Shown: one piece after another, positions 10,325 to 20,555 of the stretch
How the letters are laid out: each line of letters opens with the position of its first letter
How positions within the stretch are numbered: position 1 is the first letter of the stretch
Source of the DNA: an uncultured Chloroflexia bacterium
Lineage (GTDB): Bacteria; Chloroflexota; Anaerolineae; B4-G1; SLSP01
Assembly: GCA_963751345.1 (NCBI GenBank)
Contig: CAVVUS010000011.1
Location: 64,001 to 128,000, forward strand
Reading direction: 5' to 3'
Length of the DNA stretch: 64,000 nucleotides
Program-made: the position numbers and the translations under genes
Notes under the pieces: generated by a model
The model's database searches: none
Told to the model about the DNA's origin: nothing
The model's input: the letters and a program-made list of their open reading frames with translations, nothing else

Positions 10325-10543
10325 TCAGCCCTGTCCAGGTGCGGGGATTGCCCCGAGCTGCTGCATCATTCCCATCATGTCCAACTGGCCCCAGTGTTCG
10401 ACGAACCTGCCGTCGGCGACGCGTATGATGTCTATCACCGCGATGGATACGCGCCTGCCGGTCGCCGGAATGCCCATGAACTCACCCTTGTGAGTGCCGC
10501 TCCAGGTCTGACGGATCACGACTTTGTCGCCTTCGGCGATCAT
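10325..10543 (-). pseudogene. SnoaL-like ester cyclase, C-terminal half only
   Basis: IAEGDKVV...GTHKGEFMGIPATGRRV...GRFVEHW motif; N-terminal ~70 aa missing. Confidence 0.75.
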
Positions 10544-10572
10544 TGAGCGGCAAGGGTTATGCTCAAGAAGTG

Positions 10573-10604
10573 ACGGCGTTCGGCGCCTTGGCGCCGAACG
10601 CCGT
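10573..10604. terminator. perfect GC-rich hairpin after the DUF4386 gene
   Basis: ACGGCGTTCGGCGCC-TT-GGCGCCGAACGCCGT, 11 nt past the stop. Confidence 0.6.
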
Positions 10605-10615
10605 GCTTTAGAGCT

Positions 10616-11326
10616 CTAGCCGGCCAGACCTGCGGCGCGCTCCTGCCACACCTGGACGTTGACCCCCTTGATCAGCAGCCACAGGGGGAACACCAGTTCA
10701 GCTACGGTGATGAAGATCGCGACGACCACAGGCGTTGTGTCGTAGCTGGGCACCAGAAGCAGCGCGACCCCATCGACCAGGTAGCTCACAGAGGCCAGGA
10801 GCAACAGAACGCCCAGGATCCTGGGCAGATAGCCTGACTTGTAGACCAGATACCCCAGCAGCAAGACGTGGCCGCTGAGGAAGACCATCCCGATGGACCA
10901 TCCAAGGTCGTGGGCGTTGAGGAAGAACATCGCCAGGCCGTGCAGCTGATTGGGCTCAAACACCGTCAGGTAGCCGGCACCACTCAGGAGCAGCAACGCC
11001 GAGAACTGATTGAGCAGGTTGATGCCGTGGATGATGGTCATCGCGATCCTGAAGGCTGCTGCGATCAAGGCCAAGGTCTTGTTGACCGGCCGTAGCAGCA
11101 CGTACAGCAGGATGGTCAGCGGGATCTCGCTCATCAGAATCACGAAGTAGCTCCCGATGCCTGCACGGAACAACGTCGGAGAGGCGGTGATCGCGCTGGC
11201 CGTTGCTGCGGCATCGCCCGGCACGATGAGCGTGGACTGTACGTAGATCGGGCCAAACATCGCAGCCAGGAACACAACGAAGTACAGAATGCCGGAAACT
11301 CTCGCGGTCAACTTGGGTGTATTCAT
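10616..11326 (-). CDS. DUF4386 family membrane protein
   Basis: ARVSGILY...LLRPVNKTLAL...YKSGYLPRILG...ELVFPLWLLIKG signature; AAAGGAG RBS. Confidence 0.85.
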   Translation of the reverse strand: MNTPKLTARVSGILYFVVFLAAMFGPIYVQSTLIVPGDAAATASAITASPTLFRAGIGSYFVILMSEIPLTILLYVLLRPVNKTLALIAAAFRIAMTIIHGINLLNQFSALLLLSGAGYLTVFEPNQLHGLAMFFLNAHDLGWSIGMVFLSGHVLLLGYLVYKSGYLPRILGVLLLLASVSYLVDGVALLLVPSYDTTPVVVAIFITVAELVFPLWLLIKGVNVQVWQERAAGLAG

Positions 11327-11341
11327 CTCAGACTCCTTTGT

Positions 11342-11587
11342 CTATTCGGGTTCCACCCGAGTAACGGAGAGCAACGGCTTGCCCAGATCGCGTATTTTCC
11401 TCAGCAGGCTGTACAGCGCAGCTTGATCGACGACGCGACCGGTCAACACTGTGTTGCCGCACGTGTCTGTCACGATGGTCATGCCATCGAACCAGTCCTC
11501 CCATTGACGTCCCAGATGCCCCTCGATCCTGATCTCGTAGATCGCCGGTCCACGTGCATCCGCCTTCGTATTGGGTTCGTCTGGCAT
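11342..11587 (-). CDS. conserved 81-aa protein associated with the MalT-like regulator
   Basis: YEIRIEGHL..W.DWFDG...LTG.VVDQAALYSLLRKIRDLG.PLLSV; paralog at 55458-55724. Confidence 0.8.
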   Translation of the reverse strand: MPDEPNTKADARGPAIYEIRIEGHLGRQWEDWFDGMTIVTDTCGNTVLTGRVVDQAALYSLLRKIRDLGKPLLSVTRVEPE

Positions 11588-11645
11588 CGCCCTGTACCCT
11601 TGTGATCGATCGCCGGTGTCTCTCCCGATTACATAATGTACAGGC

Positions 11646-11714
11646 AGTATGATGCAACAAGGCATCGCGGTGTAGCTACGAAAGTACTGTTGGGGGTACT
11701 GTTTCGGGGTACGG
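11646..11714 (-). promoter_or_regulatory. direct-repeat operator array plus -10 element
   Basis: Minus strand reads CCGTACCCC-GAAA-CAGTACCCC-CAA-CAGTACTTT (13/12-bp period), then CATACT at 11651-11646. Confidence 0.6.
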
Positions 11715-11773
11715 CGAGACCAGGCGCTCAACGGACAAGGTCTCACGGAAGTCTGGGGGAAGACGGTCAGAAG

Positions 11774-14441
11774 CTAGATGAGTCCCAGGTCGCGGGCGCG
11801 CGCCACAGCTTCCGTACGCCGCTGAACCTGCAGCTTGCCATAGATGCGCTGGTTGTGGCCTTTCACCGTACTGACCGTGATGAAAAGCCGCTCGGAGATC
11901 TGCCGGTTTGTGAGGCCCAGGGCAACCAAGTGCAGGATCTCCAGCTCACGCTCGCTTAGCGGCTCGATGAGCGGCTGTTGGCCGGCCGGACCTGGTAGAC
12001 CGGAGTCACCCGCGTCCCTCGGCGTCGTTGCCTCCGCTGCGGCCAGGAGTTTGCTCGTGGTCGCCGGCATGATGCCCCGCGCACGCGCTGCGGTCAGAAG
12101 CTGTGTCATCGGCGGGCCCTCATCGATAAAGCTGCGGATGAGGTTACCGGGTTCTGCCGAGTGCGAGCGCGCCCTCCAGTGCCTGAAGGGCGCCATCTGT
12201 ATCGCCGGACATCTGGAGCGCGACCGCCTGTAGAATGGTTACCCGCAGGTGTTCGGCGAGCGGGCCCTTTTCCTTAGTTTGGTGGCGCAGTGGCCCCAAT
12301 AGGCTCAGCGCCGCCGAGGGATTCCCCTCGGCAAGCCACACCCGGGCTTTGGACAGCGGAAGATCGTGGGTCTGAGCCAGAGATGCCGCGCCTGCAAGGT
12401 CTCCTCGCCGCAGGCGTGTCAGCACCTGGACCGCAGCGACCTCGGGAAGGCGGTGCGCGAAGCCGCGCTCGCGCGCAAATGCCTCGGCCTCGGACAACAG
12501 ACGTAATGCGCCGGGTACATCTCCTCGGGCAAGCTTCACCCGGGCCAGCAGGGCCTTGCAGGCAGCCGGCGTGTCGATGTTGGGGAGATGTCGCCCCAGC
12601 ACGAGGCTCTCCTGCCCGTGTTCTTCGGCAGCGCCAAGATCATTCCACTCATAGGCCAGTCGGGCCAGGCCGAAATGTGCGGCGCACGCAAACGGCAGGG
12701 GCGGATCTCCGGTCAGCTCCAGGACCCGCCGGAACGTTCTCTCCGCCTCGTGCAACTGGTTCTCCTCTTCCTGGATCTGCCCCAGAGAGACGGCAGCCCC
12801 GATGGTGATGATGAGGTTGCCGGATGCCTGGCTGATGGGTATGGTCTCCTCATACACTTGCCGAGCCGCGGCTCTGTTGCCCTGAAGCTGATAGCCGTGC
12901 CCTAGGGTCCAGGAAGCCACGGTGCGGGCTAGCAGATTGTCCGTCTTCAGGTACGCCAGGGCGAGGCGTGATTGCTCGACGACCATATCTGCCCGGCTCT
13001 GGGGAATGGCCTGCATGGCCCGTATCGCCGCGATCCGCCCGAAGAGATCCCGAGTCTCGTCGTCCGGTTCGGCCTCTGCCAAGGCCGTTTCAGCCGCTGA
13101 CAACTTCTCCTCCACGTTCTCGGGCATTTCGCCTACGATGGTCAGCGCAGAGGCGTAATTCACCCACAGTGCGGGTCGGGCATCCAGCACCGCCGCCGGC
13201 AGTGACGCAAGCCAGTCCAACACCTCGGTCGCCGCGCCTCGGTACTGCAGAGGGGTGCCGCCGCCCTCAATCAAGTCCGCTGCGCGTTCGACGTCGTTGG
13301 CGGCGGCCGCACACCGGAACGCTTCGACGTCCAGGCCATTCCCCTCGTACCACGTGCAGGCCCTGAGGTGCAGTTCTTCCACGTCCGGCGAACCATCCCC
13401 CGACAGCACAGCGGCGCTGTGCTGCAGCCGGTGCCGCAACAGATCGGCAAAGAGACGATGATAACGGTACCAACGGCGCTCGCTGTCCAGGGGGACGAGA
13501 AACAGGTTCGCGCGTTCAAGGTACTCCAAGGTCTGCTGGCCGCCCGTCTGGCCGGTGACTGCATCGCACAAGGCGCCGGTCAGCCGGTCGAGAAGGGAGG
13601 TTCGCAGCAGGAATGTCTGGATACTCTCCGTTTGCTGATCCAGGACCTCCTCGAGCAGATAGTCCAGTATGAAACGGTGACTGCCGGTAAACGACTCGAT
13701 GAACCCCGCGGTGTCTCGCCGTCCCCGCATCGAAATCGCGGCCAGTTGCAGCCCGGCGATCCAGCCCTCGGTACGTCTCTCTATTGCGGCGACGTCGACC
13801 GCGGATAGGTGCAGACCCATCGTCTGATTCAGGAACTCGGCTGTTTCAGCGGAGGTGAAGCGCAGGTCTGCGAAACGTAGTTCGGTCAACTGGTTCTGGG
13901 CGCGCAGCCGCGCCAAGGGGAGCTGGGGGTCCTCTCGTGTCGCGATGACCAGGTGCATCGCCGGCGGCATATGACTCAGCAGGAAGGTGAGGATGTGGTC
14001 AACTCCCTGGGCTTCCACAAGATGGTAATCGTCCAGGATGAGGAGTAGCTCCTGAGAGATCAGCGCGATGTCATTGAGCAGAGCCGCCAGCACTACTTCG
14101 GAGGGTGGGGGGTGAGGGGACTGGAGCAGACCCAGCGCCCCTTGCCCGATGCTTGCGTCAACGGTCTGCAAGGCAGCGACGAGATAGGTCAGGAACCGGA
14201 GGGGATCGCTGTCGGCCTCATCCAGCGACAGCCACGCGACGGCTCCAGGCGGAAACGTTTCGCCCAGAGCCTGGACCCACTCGCTCACCAGCGTGGTCTT
14301 GCCGAAGCCCGCCGGTGCTGAGACGAGTGTGAGTTTACGGGGTGCTTCTTCGTTGAGGCGCTGAATCAGGCGCGACCGAGGGACGGCCCTCGGTCGCGGC
14401 CTGGGGATGTAGAGCTTGGTGGCCAGAATGGACGGTGGCAT
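11774..14441 (-). CDS. MalT-like STAND ATPase / TPR / LuxR-HTH transcriptional activator (frameshift ~12158)
   Basis: LATKLYIP start, Walker A APAGFGKTT, Walker B LILDDYH, TEGWIAGLQL, WYRYHRLFAD. The LuxR HTH is in ORF 11774-12196 and one extra G splits the frames. Confidence 0.9.
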
Positions 14442-14521
14442 AGACCGATGTTAGCCTCGGCACCGAGCGGGAAAGCCCCAACGCGCGACCAGCGCGGTGT
14501 GACTTTGGACAAAGCTTCCCG

Positions 14522-14789
14522 CTACTCCAGGTGTCCGCCCTCCTTCGCTTGTTGCAGGACATCCAGGATGGCCGCAACCAACTGCCGAGCATCCTGCTTC
14601 GCTCAACTCAACAGCGACTCGGGCGTCCAGCCCCAAATCCTCGTTGACGAAGTCAATGTTCAGGGCGTGTTCGTGTTGGATGTGGAACGGGTGATCGTAC
14701 GACACGTTGGCCTGGTTGACCGAGAACCAGCCGCCGGTCCCCTGGCCGCTGCCGTCGAGTTCGACTTTCTTGACAATCATCGTGCACAT
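14522..14789 (-). CDS. small conserved protein (DUF6295-like; frameshift ~14597)
   Basis: MCTMI...GSGQG..GWF.V.QANVSYDHPFH...HALNIDFVNE...ARVAVELS. The tail DARQLVAAILDVLQQ... is in another frame and ends at TAG 14522. Confidence 0.65.
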
Positions 14790-14801
14790 GGTTTCCCTCC
14801 C

Positions 14802-15566
14802 CTACGCTTCCGTCTGCAGGTACTTGGCCAGGAACGCGAAGATCTTCTCCCACCCATCCACTGCTTGCTGCTGCCGGTAGTTCGGCCTGTGGTAGTAGAA
14901 GAAACCGTGCCCTGCGCCCGGATACCTGTGAAACTCATAGACCTTGCCGTGGTCGATCAGTGCCTGTTCGTGGATGTCGACCTGCTCCGGACTGGGGCTG
15001 CTATCATCATTTCCAAAGAGACCCAGGATCGGGCACGCGAGGTCCGCAGTGTAGTCAATCGGAGCGACCGGGCGCTTGGGAGTCAAGTCTTTCTCAGCCG
15101 TCACCACCCCGCCTCCCCAGCAATCCACCACCGCATCCACGTCCGGGATCCTGCACGCTGCCAGATAGGCCTGCCGGCCACCGGAACAGGTGCCGAATAG
15201 CCCGACTTTGCCGTTGACGTAGGGCAGGGACCGCAGGAGTGCGACGCCACCAGCGACGTCACCCACGACCTGATCATCCGGGATTCCGCCATCCCCACGG
15301 ACTTTCACGGCGACGTTTTCCGGTGTGCCATGCCCAACCCGGAAATACAGATCTGGGGATAACGCTACATAACCGTGGTGCGCGAACCTGCGGGTTGCTT
15401 CCCGGTACCATTCATCCCAACCGGGCATATGGTGGAGCAACACGAGCGCGGGGAAGGGTCCAGGTCCCAATGGACGCGCAAGGTAGGCGTTGATCAACGT
15501 TCCGCCATCTCCGCACACAGTGACCGTTTCTGCCAGCATACCTTCGTACATCTGCGTTTGATACAT
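14802..15566 (-). CDS. dienelactone hydrolase family protein
   Basis: GTCSGG nucleophile Cys, FGNDD Asp, YPGAGHGF His; AAGGAGG RBS before MYQTQMYEG. Confidence 0.9.
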   Translation of the reverse strand: MYQTQMYEGMLAETVTVCGDGGTLINAYLARPLGPGPFPALVLLHHMPGWDEWYREATRRFAHHGYVALSPDLYFRVGHGTPENVAVKVRGDGGIPDDQVVGDVAGGVALLRSLPYVNGKVGLFGTCSGGRQAYLAACRIPDVDAVVDCWGGGVVTAEKDLTPKRPVAPIDYTADLACPILGLFGNDDSSPSPEQVDIHEQALIDHGKVYEFHRYPGAGHGFFYYHRPNYRQQQAVDGWEKIFAFLAKYLQTEA

Positions 15567-15964
15567 CTTACCCTCCTTCGCAACTGCTATGCCAGACTCA
15601 CCGAACGGTACGACTCGAGTTGCGGCCCACAGCCAGTCCATACTGAAGTCGAGGATCCAGAGTTCCGCCGCCTTCCTCGCCCAGAATGTCGGTGTCTCGT
15701 AGGCTGCATCGTCTATGATATGCCCGATCCCATTGTTCGCCATCGTGATCATCAGGGCATCGGCAAAGGATGCCTGCTGCCCGACTTTCCGCGAACGTTG
15801 GGGAAGTGCGGGACTGTTTTGCGCAATTGACCCCCGGTTCCCGTTGACAGATTACGGAGCAGCGTTACAATCCTGCCTGTGTAGGCCCTCCCATCTATCT
15901 TATGGGGAGCGGCCTATTTTCTTGACTTGCACTGTGCATATGTAGCTTCTGGTTTGGAGGGGGC

Positions 15965-17395
15965 ATGACTAAGCGTACTTATAGACGTAAGGAAGGGTCT
16001 ACTCGCAATAGTTTCATCGCGATTGCCCTTTTGGCGGTGGTGGCGACGTACCTGGTGGCGCCGCTCCCGCATCCACAGTGGCTGTCTAGCCTGCTCTTCT
16101 GGCGTCCAGAAGGCAGGCGGTCCCTAGACTTCCAGTTGGGCCTGGATCTGCGAGGCGGCATTCAGGTGCTGTTGGCGGCCGATCTGCAGCCGGGGCAAGT
16201 GCTGGCGCCTGGTGCGATGGAAACGGCGCGCACGATTATCGAGAATCGTGTCAATGCTCTCGGCTTGACCGAGCCCGTCGTTCAGGTACAGGGAACGGAT
16301 CGCATCGTCGTGGAGATCCCTGGGGTTGACGATCCTGCCCAGGCTCTTGATACGATCCGCGAGACGTCCCTGCTCGAGTTTGTCGAGCCGCCTGCCAACA
16401 TCTCCGCTGAAAGTCTGGTCGCGGGCACTGTCGTTCGCACCACCTATCTGATGACCGATACAACCCCGATCACGCCCTCTGCATCGGGGACGCTGCCGCC
16501 GCTCTTCACCACGATTTTGGCCGGTGGGGAACTGCAGGGGGCGTATGCAACTCGAGACCCGCAGACTTCCGAACCTGTGGTCGCCATCCAGTTTACGTCG
16601 GCAGGGACGCGTGTCTTTGCCGCCTACACAGCATCGCACGTGGGGCAGAGGCTCTGCATGGTGCTGGACAAGAAGATCCTCTCCTGCCCGCGCATTAACA
16701 CCAGCATCCCCGACGGAAATGCTGTGATCCAAGGGAGTTTCACGGCGGATTCCGCCCAGCAGTTGGCGCTGCAGTTGCAGTACGGCGCGCTTCCTGTGGC
16801 CTTGAAGATTGAGAGCTACAAATCGATCGGCCCCAGCCTGGGCACGATCTCGGTCGAGAAGAGCATTCGGGCAGGCACGGTTGGACTGGCGGTCGTTTTT
16901 CTCTTTATGCTGCTGTATTACCGTGTCAACGGTCTGGCTGCCGATCTGGCGCTGGCCCTCTACGTTGTCCTGAACTTGCTGGTCTACAAGCTGGTTCCCG
17001 TGACACTGACGCTGCCGGGCATTGCCGGCTTCTTGCTTTCCGTCGGCATGGCCGTGGACGCCAATATTCTGGTCTTCGAGCGGATGAAGGAAGAGGTGCG
17101 CCGGGGCAACGTGTTGTCCCGGGCCGCCGAGAGTGGATTCTCCCGAGCGTGGACGTCGGTGCGTGACTCCAACATCGCCACGTTGCTGACGTGCCTCATC
17201 CTGTACATGTTCGGTTCGGCGTTCGCCGCGAGTCTGGTCAAGGGTTTTGCCATCACCCTGGCCTTGGGAACGCTCATCAATCTGTTCACAGCGATCGTCG
17301 TGACACGCACCCTGATTCGAGTGATCTTTGGCGCGCTGGAGACGCGGCTTCAGGCTAGACCGTGGCTGTTGGGGCTTAGGAGGGGCAATGACTAA
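15965..17395 (+). CDS. secD: protein translocase subunit SecD
   Basis: LGLDLRGG, RVNALGLTEPVVQ, GALPV, LTLPGIAG, GMAVDANILVFERMKEE. Confidence 0.95.
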   Translation: MTKRTYRRKEGSTRNSFIAIALLAVVATYLVAPLPHPQWLSSLLFWRPEGRRSLDFQLGLDLRGGIQVLLAADLQPGQVLAPGAMETARTIIENRVNALGLTEPVVQVQGTDRIVVEIPGVDDPAQALDTIRETSLLEFVEPPANISAESLVAGTVVRTTYLMTDTTPITPSASGTLPPLFTTILAGGELQGAYATRDPQTSEPVVAIQFTSAGTRVFAAYTASHVGQRLCMVLDKKILSCPRINTSIPDGNAVIQGSFTADSAQQLALQLQYGALPVALKIESYKSIGPSLGTISVEKSIRAGTVGLAVVFLFMLLYYRVNGLAADLALALYVVLNLLVYKLVPVTLTLPGIAGFLLSVGMAVDANILVFERMKEEVRRGNVLSRAAESGFSRAWTSVRDSNIATLLTCLILYMFGSAFAASLVKGFAITLALGTLINLFTAIVVTRTLIRVIFGALETRLQARPWLLGLRRGND

Positions 17396-18326
17396 CTTCG
17401 TGCAGCGACGCAAACTTTTCTTTACCATCGCCGGCATACTCATCCTGCTGAGTGTAGCTGCGTTAGTTGCCTCTGCGGTGCTGTTCCAAGGTCAGGCCCT
17501 GCGCATCAGCACTGACTTCACCGGTGGCACGTTGTTTGTCCTGCGCTTTGAGCAGCCTGTACTTGCGAGCGATATCCGCGGCGTCTTTGCCGATCACGGC
17601 CAGGCCGGCGCAATCGTGCAGGAGTTGGGGGCGGTGGAAGACAACACGTGGCAGGTACGAACGCGCTATATGACTGCCGATGAGGCTCAGCTAGTCCTGG
17701 CAGAGCTGGATGCGAAGGTGGGGACGGTCGACCGCCAGCTTTCGAACTGGAGTGTTGTAGAGCCGACGGTGGGTGCAGAAGTGGCGAAGCAGGCCGCTTT
17801 GGCGGTGTCGGTCGCCTCCGCCGTGATCCTGGTCTTCATCTGGTTCTCGTTCCGGCGTGTGCCCAATCCCATGCGCTACGGTGTGGTGACGATTGTCGCT
17901 ATGCTCGTTAACGTCGTCATCGCCTTGGGCTTCTATGCCTTGATGGGGATCCTAAGTGGTTGGGAAGCGGACGCGCTGTTTCTGACCGCGCTGTTGACGG
18001 TGATCGGTTTCTCGGTGCAGGACCTGATTGTGGTTTTCGACCGTATCCGCGAGAATACCCCACGCTATCGCGGCGAATCGTTTGAGACCATCGTGAATCG
18101 TAGCGTTGCCGAGACGGTTGTGCGGTCGTTGGCCACGCAACTGAATGCAATGTTTGTGATGGTGGCGATCCTGGCGTTTGGCGGCGCAACGATCAAGCCC
18201 TTTATCGCCGTGATGCTGGTTGGTATGATCAGCGAGACCTATACCTCGCTGTGTGTGGCCGTGCCGTTGCTGGTCGTCTGGGAGAATCGCAGCAATAGCC
18301 GCCTTCCGCGTGGCGCGGCGGCTTAG
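17388..18326 (+). CDS. secF: protein translocase subunit SecF
   Basis: DFTGGT, VEPTVGAE, IGFSVQDLIVVFDRIRE; start overlaps the secD end. Confidence 0.95.
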   Translation: MTNFVQRRKLFFTIAGILILLSVAALVASAVLFQGQALRISTDFTGGTLFVLRFEQPVLASDIRGVFADHGQAGAIVQELGAVEDNTWQVRTRYMTADEAQLVLAELDAKVGTVDRQLSNWSVVEPTVGAEVAKQAALAVSVASAVILVFIWFSFRRVPNPMRYGVVTIVAMLVNVVIALGFYALMGILSGWEADALFLTALLTVIGFSVQDLIVVFDRIRENTPRYRGESFETIVNRSVAETVVRSLATQLNAMFVMVAILAFGGATIKPFIAVMLVGMISETYTSLCVAVPLLVVWENRSNSRLPRGAAA

Positions 18327-18460
18327 GGATGGATGCCTCTACCGGTGGCTCTCCCTCTCCTCTGTCTAGCACACCACAACGGGTATCCGGACGACGAGGT
18401 GAGGCCGGCAAGGGGTAATCGAAGGGGCTTCGGGCGGCGAGGTCGTGATTGGGAATGTGA

Positions 18461-18496
18461 AGAGAGGCGCCGGGCTGGTAAGCCCGGCGCCTCTCT
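18461..18496. terminator. perfect 16-bp hairpin downstream of secF
   Basis: AGAGAGGCGCCGGGCT-GGTA-AGCCCGGCGCCTCTCT. Confidence 0.55.
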
Positions 18497-18820
18497 CTGC
18501 CGCACGCACGACCGTTCCTGGTGGGGACAGTGCGCAACCGCGCGGTCTTCTTCTCCACGCCCTGCACCGATGGAGCGGCTTGAATCCTGTGAGGTCCACT
18601 CGTATAACGGAACGACAGCGCTCTCGGCGCTTGGCCCCGGGCGGAAGCGGCGACATACTTCTCCTCTGCCGGATGGGTCAGCACAGCCTCGATTCCTCTG
18701 CAGATACACCAAGATCTGGAAATATGACGAAAAACATCGTATAATTACATAGGCGCGCGCAGTCTTGCGCTCGGTGAATCTGCCGGAATGACAAGTAGGA
18801 CTCACGAGGAGGAAACCAAG

Positions 18821-20234
18821 ATGAAGGCGAGACAGCATATTGAGGCGGAGGCTGCTTCAGCAGCTGCGACTGCCAAAGACCATGTCCGTAGGCCCACCTT
18901 CCAGGATTGGGCCCAGTTTGTCTCCTTCCGACCACAACTGTACTTCAGACCTCAGGATCCGGATGAACTCAAGAAGCTTCCTGACTGGCGTGCAGCAGGG
19001 GGCCTTGGGGCCGAGAAACCCGCGCATCCTCGGTGGTCTGCACTCCTGCTCCGACATCTGCGTGTCCGATGCTATCGTCGACGTGAGCGACTTACCCAAG
19101 ACGATCGAGTTCATGCTGATAACACGACTGTCACTGCGTCGGCCAACTGGCATCTGCACGACTTTCTGTCGGCGTTGAGCGAGCGTGGCAAGTCACTGAA
19201 CGCCACGGGTGGCACAGATGCACAAACGCTCGCAGGATTGATCTCCACCAACACCGCGCCCGCCACGCCGCGCTATGGGATCTATGAGCTGCTGGAGTGG
19301 GTCGAATACCTGACGATTGACGAGGATGGCGAGTCCGTCGTTGAAAAGCGTGTGTCCAGAACTGATCCCGCATTCGCCGCCGTCGTCTGTTCACTGGGTG
19401 CAATCGGCGTTCTGACGAGAGTCCAGTTCAGACTTGTCGACGAACCGTACTTCGAGACCATCCAGAAAATCGTCAGGCTCAACGAGGTACTGACGGATGT
19501 TGCGAAGACCTCACAGACCTATGATTTCTGGCGGATTGATTGGATACCCAATACAGATGTAGGGTTGCTGTGGGCCGCGACGAGAATCCCACAGGCGGAT
19601 CCGGATGGAGACTATCCGGCGGATCAAGCGGAGAATATCATGAAGTACGTCTTCACCCTGCTGGATAGGTTCGAAGCAGCAGGTCCGTTGCTGGATGGCG
19701 CGATGCGACTCATCTACGCCGGCTTGGTGCAGACTTACGGTGAGACCAAGGTAAGTGGACCTCTCCGCACCATGCTGCCGGTGGATCGACGCGCACCGCT
19801 GCATGTGGCGATGGCCGAATGGAGCTTTGACCCGGCTGACCTAGACAACCTGATGGGCCGTTGCAGGGAGTACTTCCGGCACGCGGGGTGGCCCAATCTG
19901 CCGATCGAGATCGAGCTCACGAAGACGGACAACTACTATATGTCTCCGTGGAATTGGCCGGGCTTGGACTACATCGTCAAGTTCAACTTCATGTACATGA
20001 CCGATATCAGCGAAACAGAGTCCGAGAGAGAGCAAATACTGCACGCACTTGCATGGCCTCTGGGATCATCTCATGCACGCCGGCATCCGGTTCAAGGCGC
20101 ATTGGGGCAAAATCAACTTCCTGGACCACAAGTACGTGCGCGACCACTACAGCTTTGAGCAGTTCAAGCCGTACATTCGCCCGATGTTTCTCAACAAGTA
20201 TCTGACCGACCGATTCTACCCAACGGCAGAGTGA
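18821..20234 (+). CDS. FAD-linked oxidase, aldonolactone oxidase (ALO/GULO)-like; about 3 frameshifts
   Basis: ILGGLHSCSD flavin-binding His (ORF 18840), QTLAGLIST, SLGAIGVLT, PIEIEL, and C-terminal HWGK (ORF 20049). Confidence 0.8.
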
Positions 20235-20555
20235 GGCTACGAGTTCGTCGTCCCGGGGAGGGCGCCCTACAGGTGGCACGAGCGTCTCCGTGGCCAGGGC
20301 AGTGATCTGACGCGTTGATCCTGATTGCCCTTGGGGTCTTTCGGCCCAGTTGGGCGCGCGTTCGCATCATCATGGCACAGAGCACGGTCTTCTCTCTCAC
20401 CGCGACTGCGCTGACCTTTGTCACGACACCCTCCCCTCGGCGCCCGTGACCCCACGGGTCGGCATCACTTCGTCATGTATCGTCTGTTATGGTATATTCC
20501 TTCGAGCGAACACCAAACCCTACACTGGCTGACCCGTCACTGACAAGGAGCCGCC

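Noticed and set aside
18405-18430. Fourth regulon box (minus-strand CCCCTTCGATTACCCC)
   Set aside because: It lacks the ACGTT..GATGAC and -10 parts and points into the 3' end of secF.
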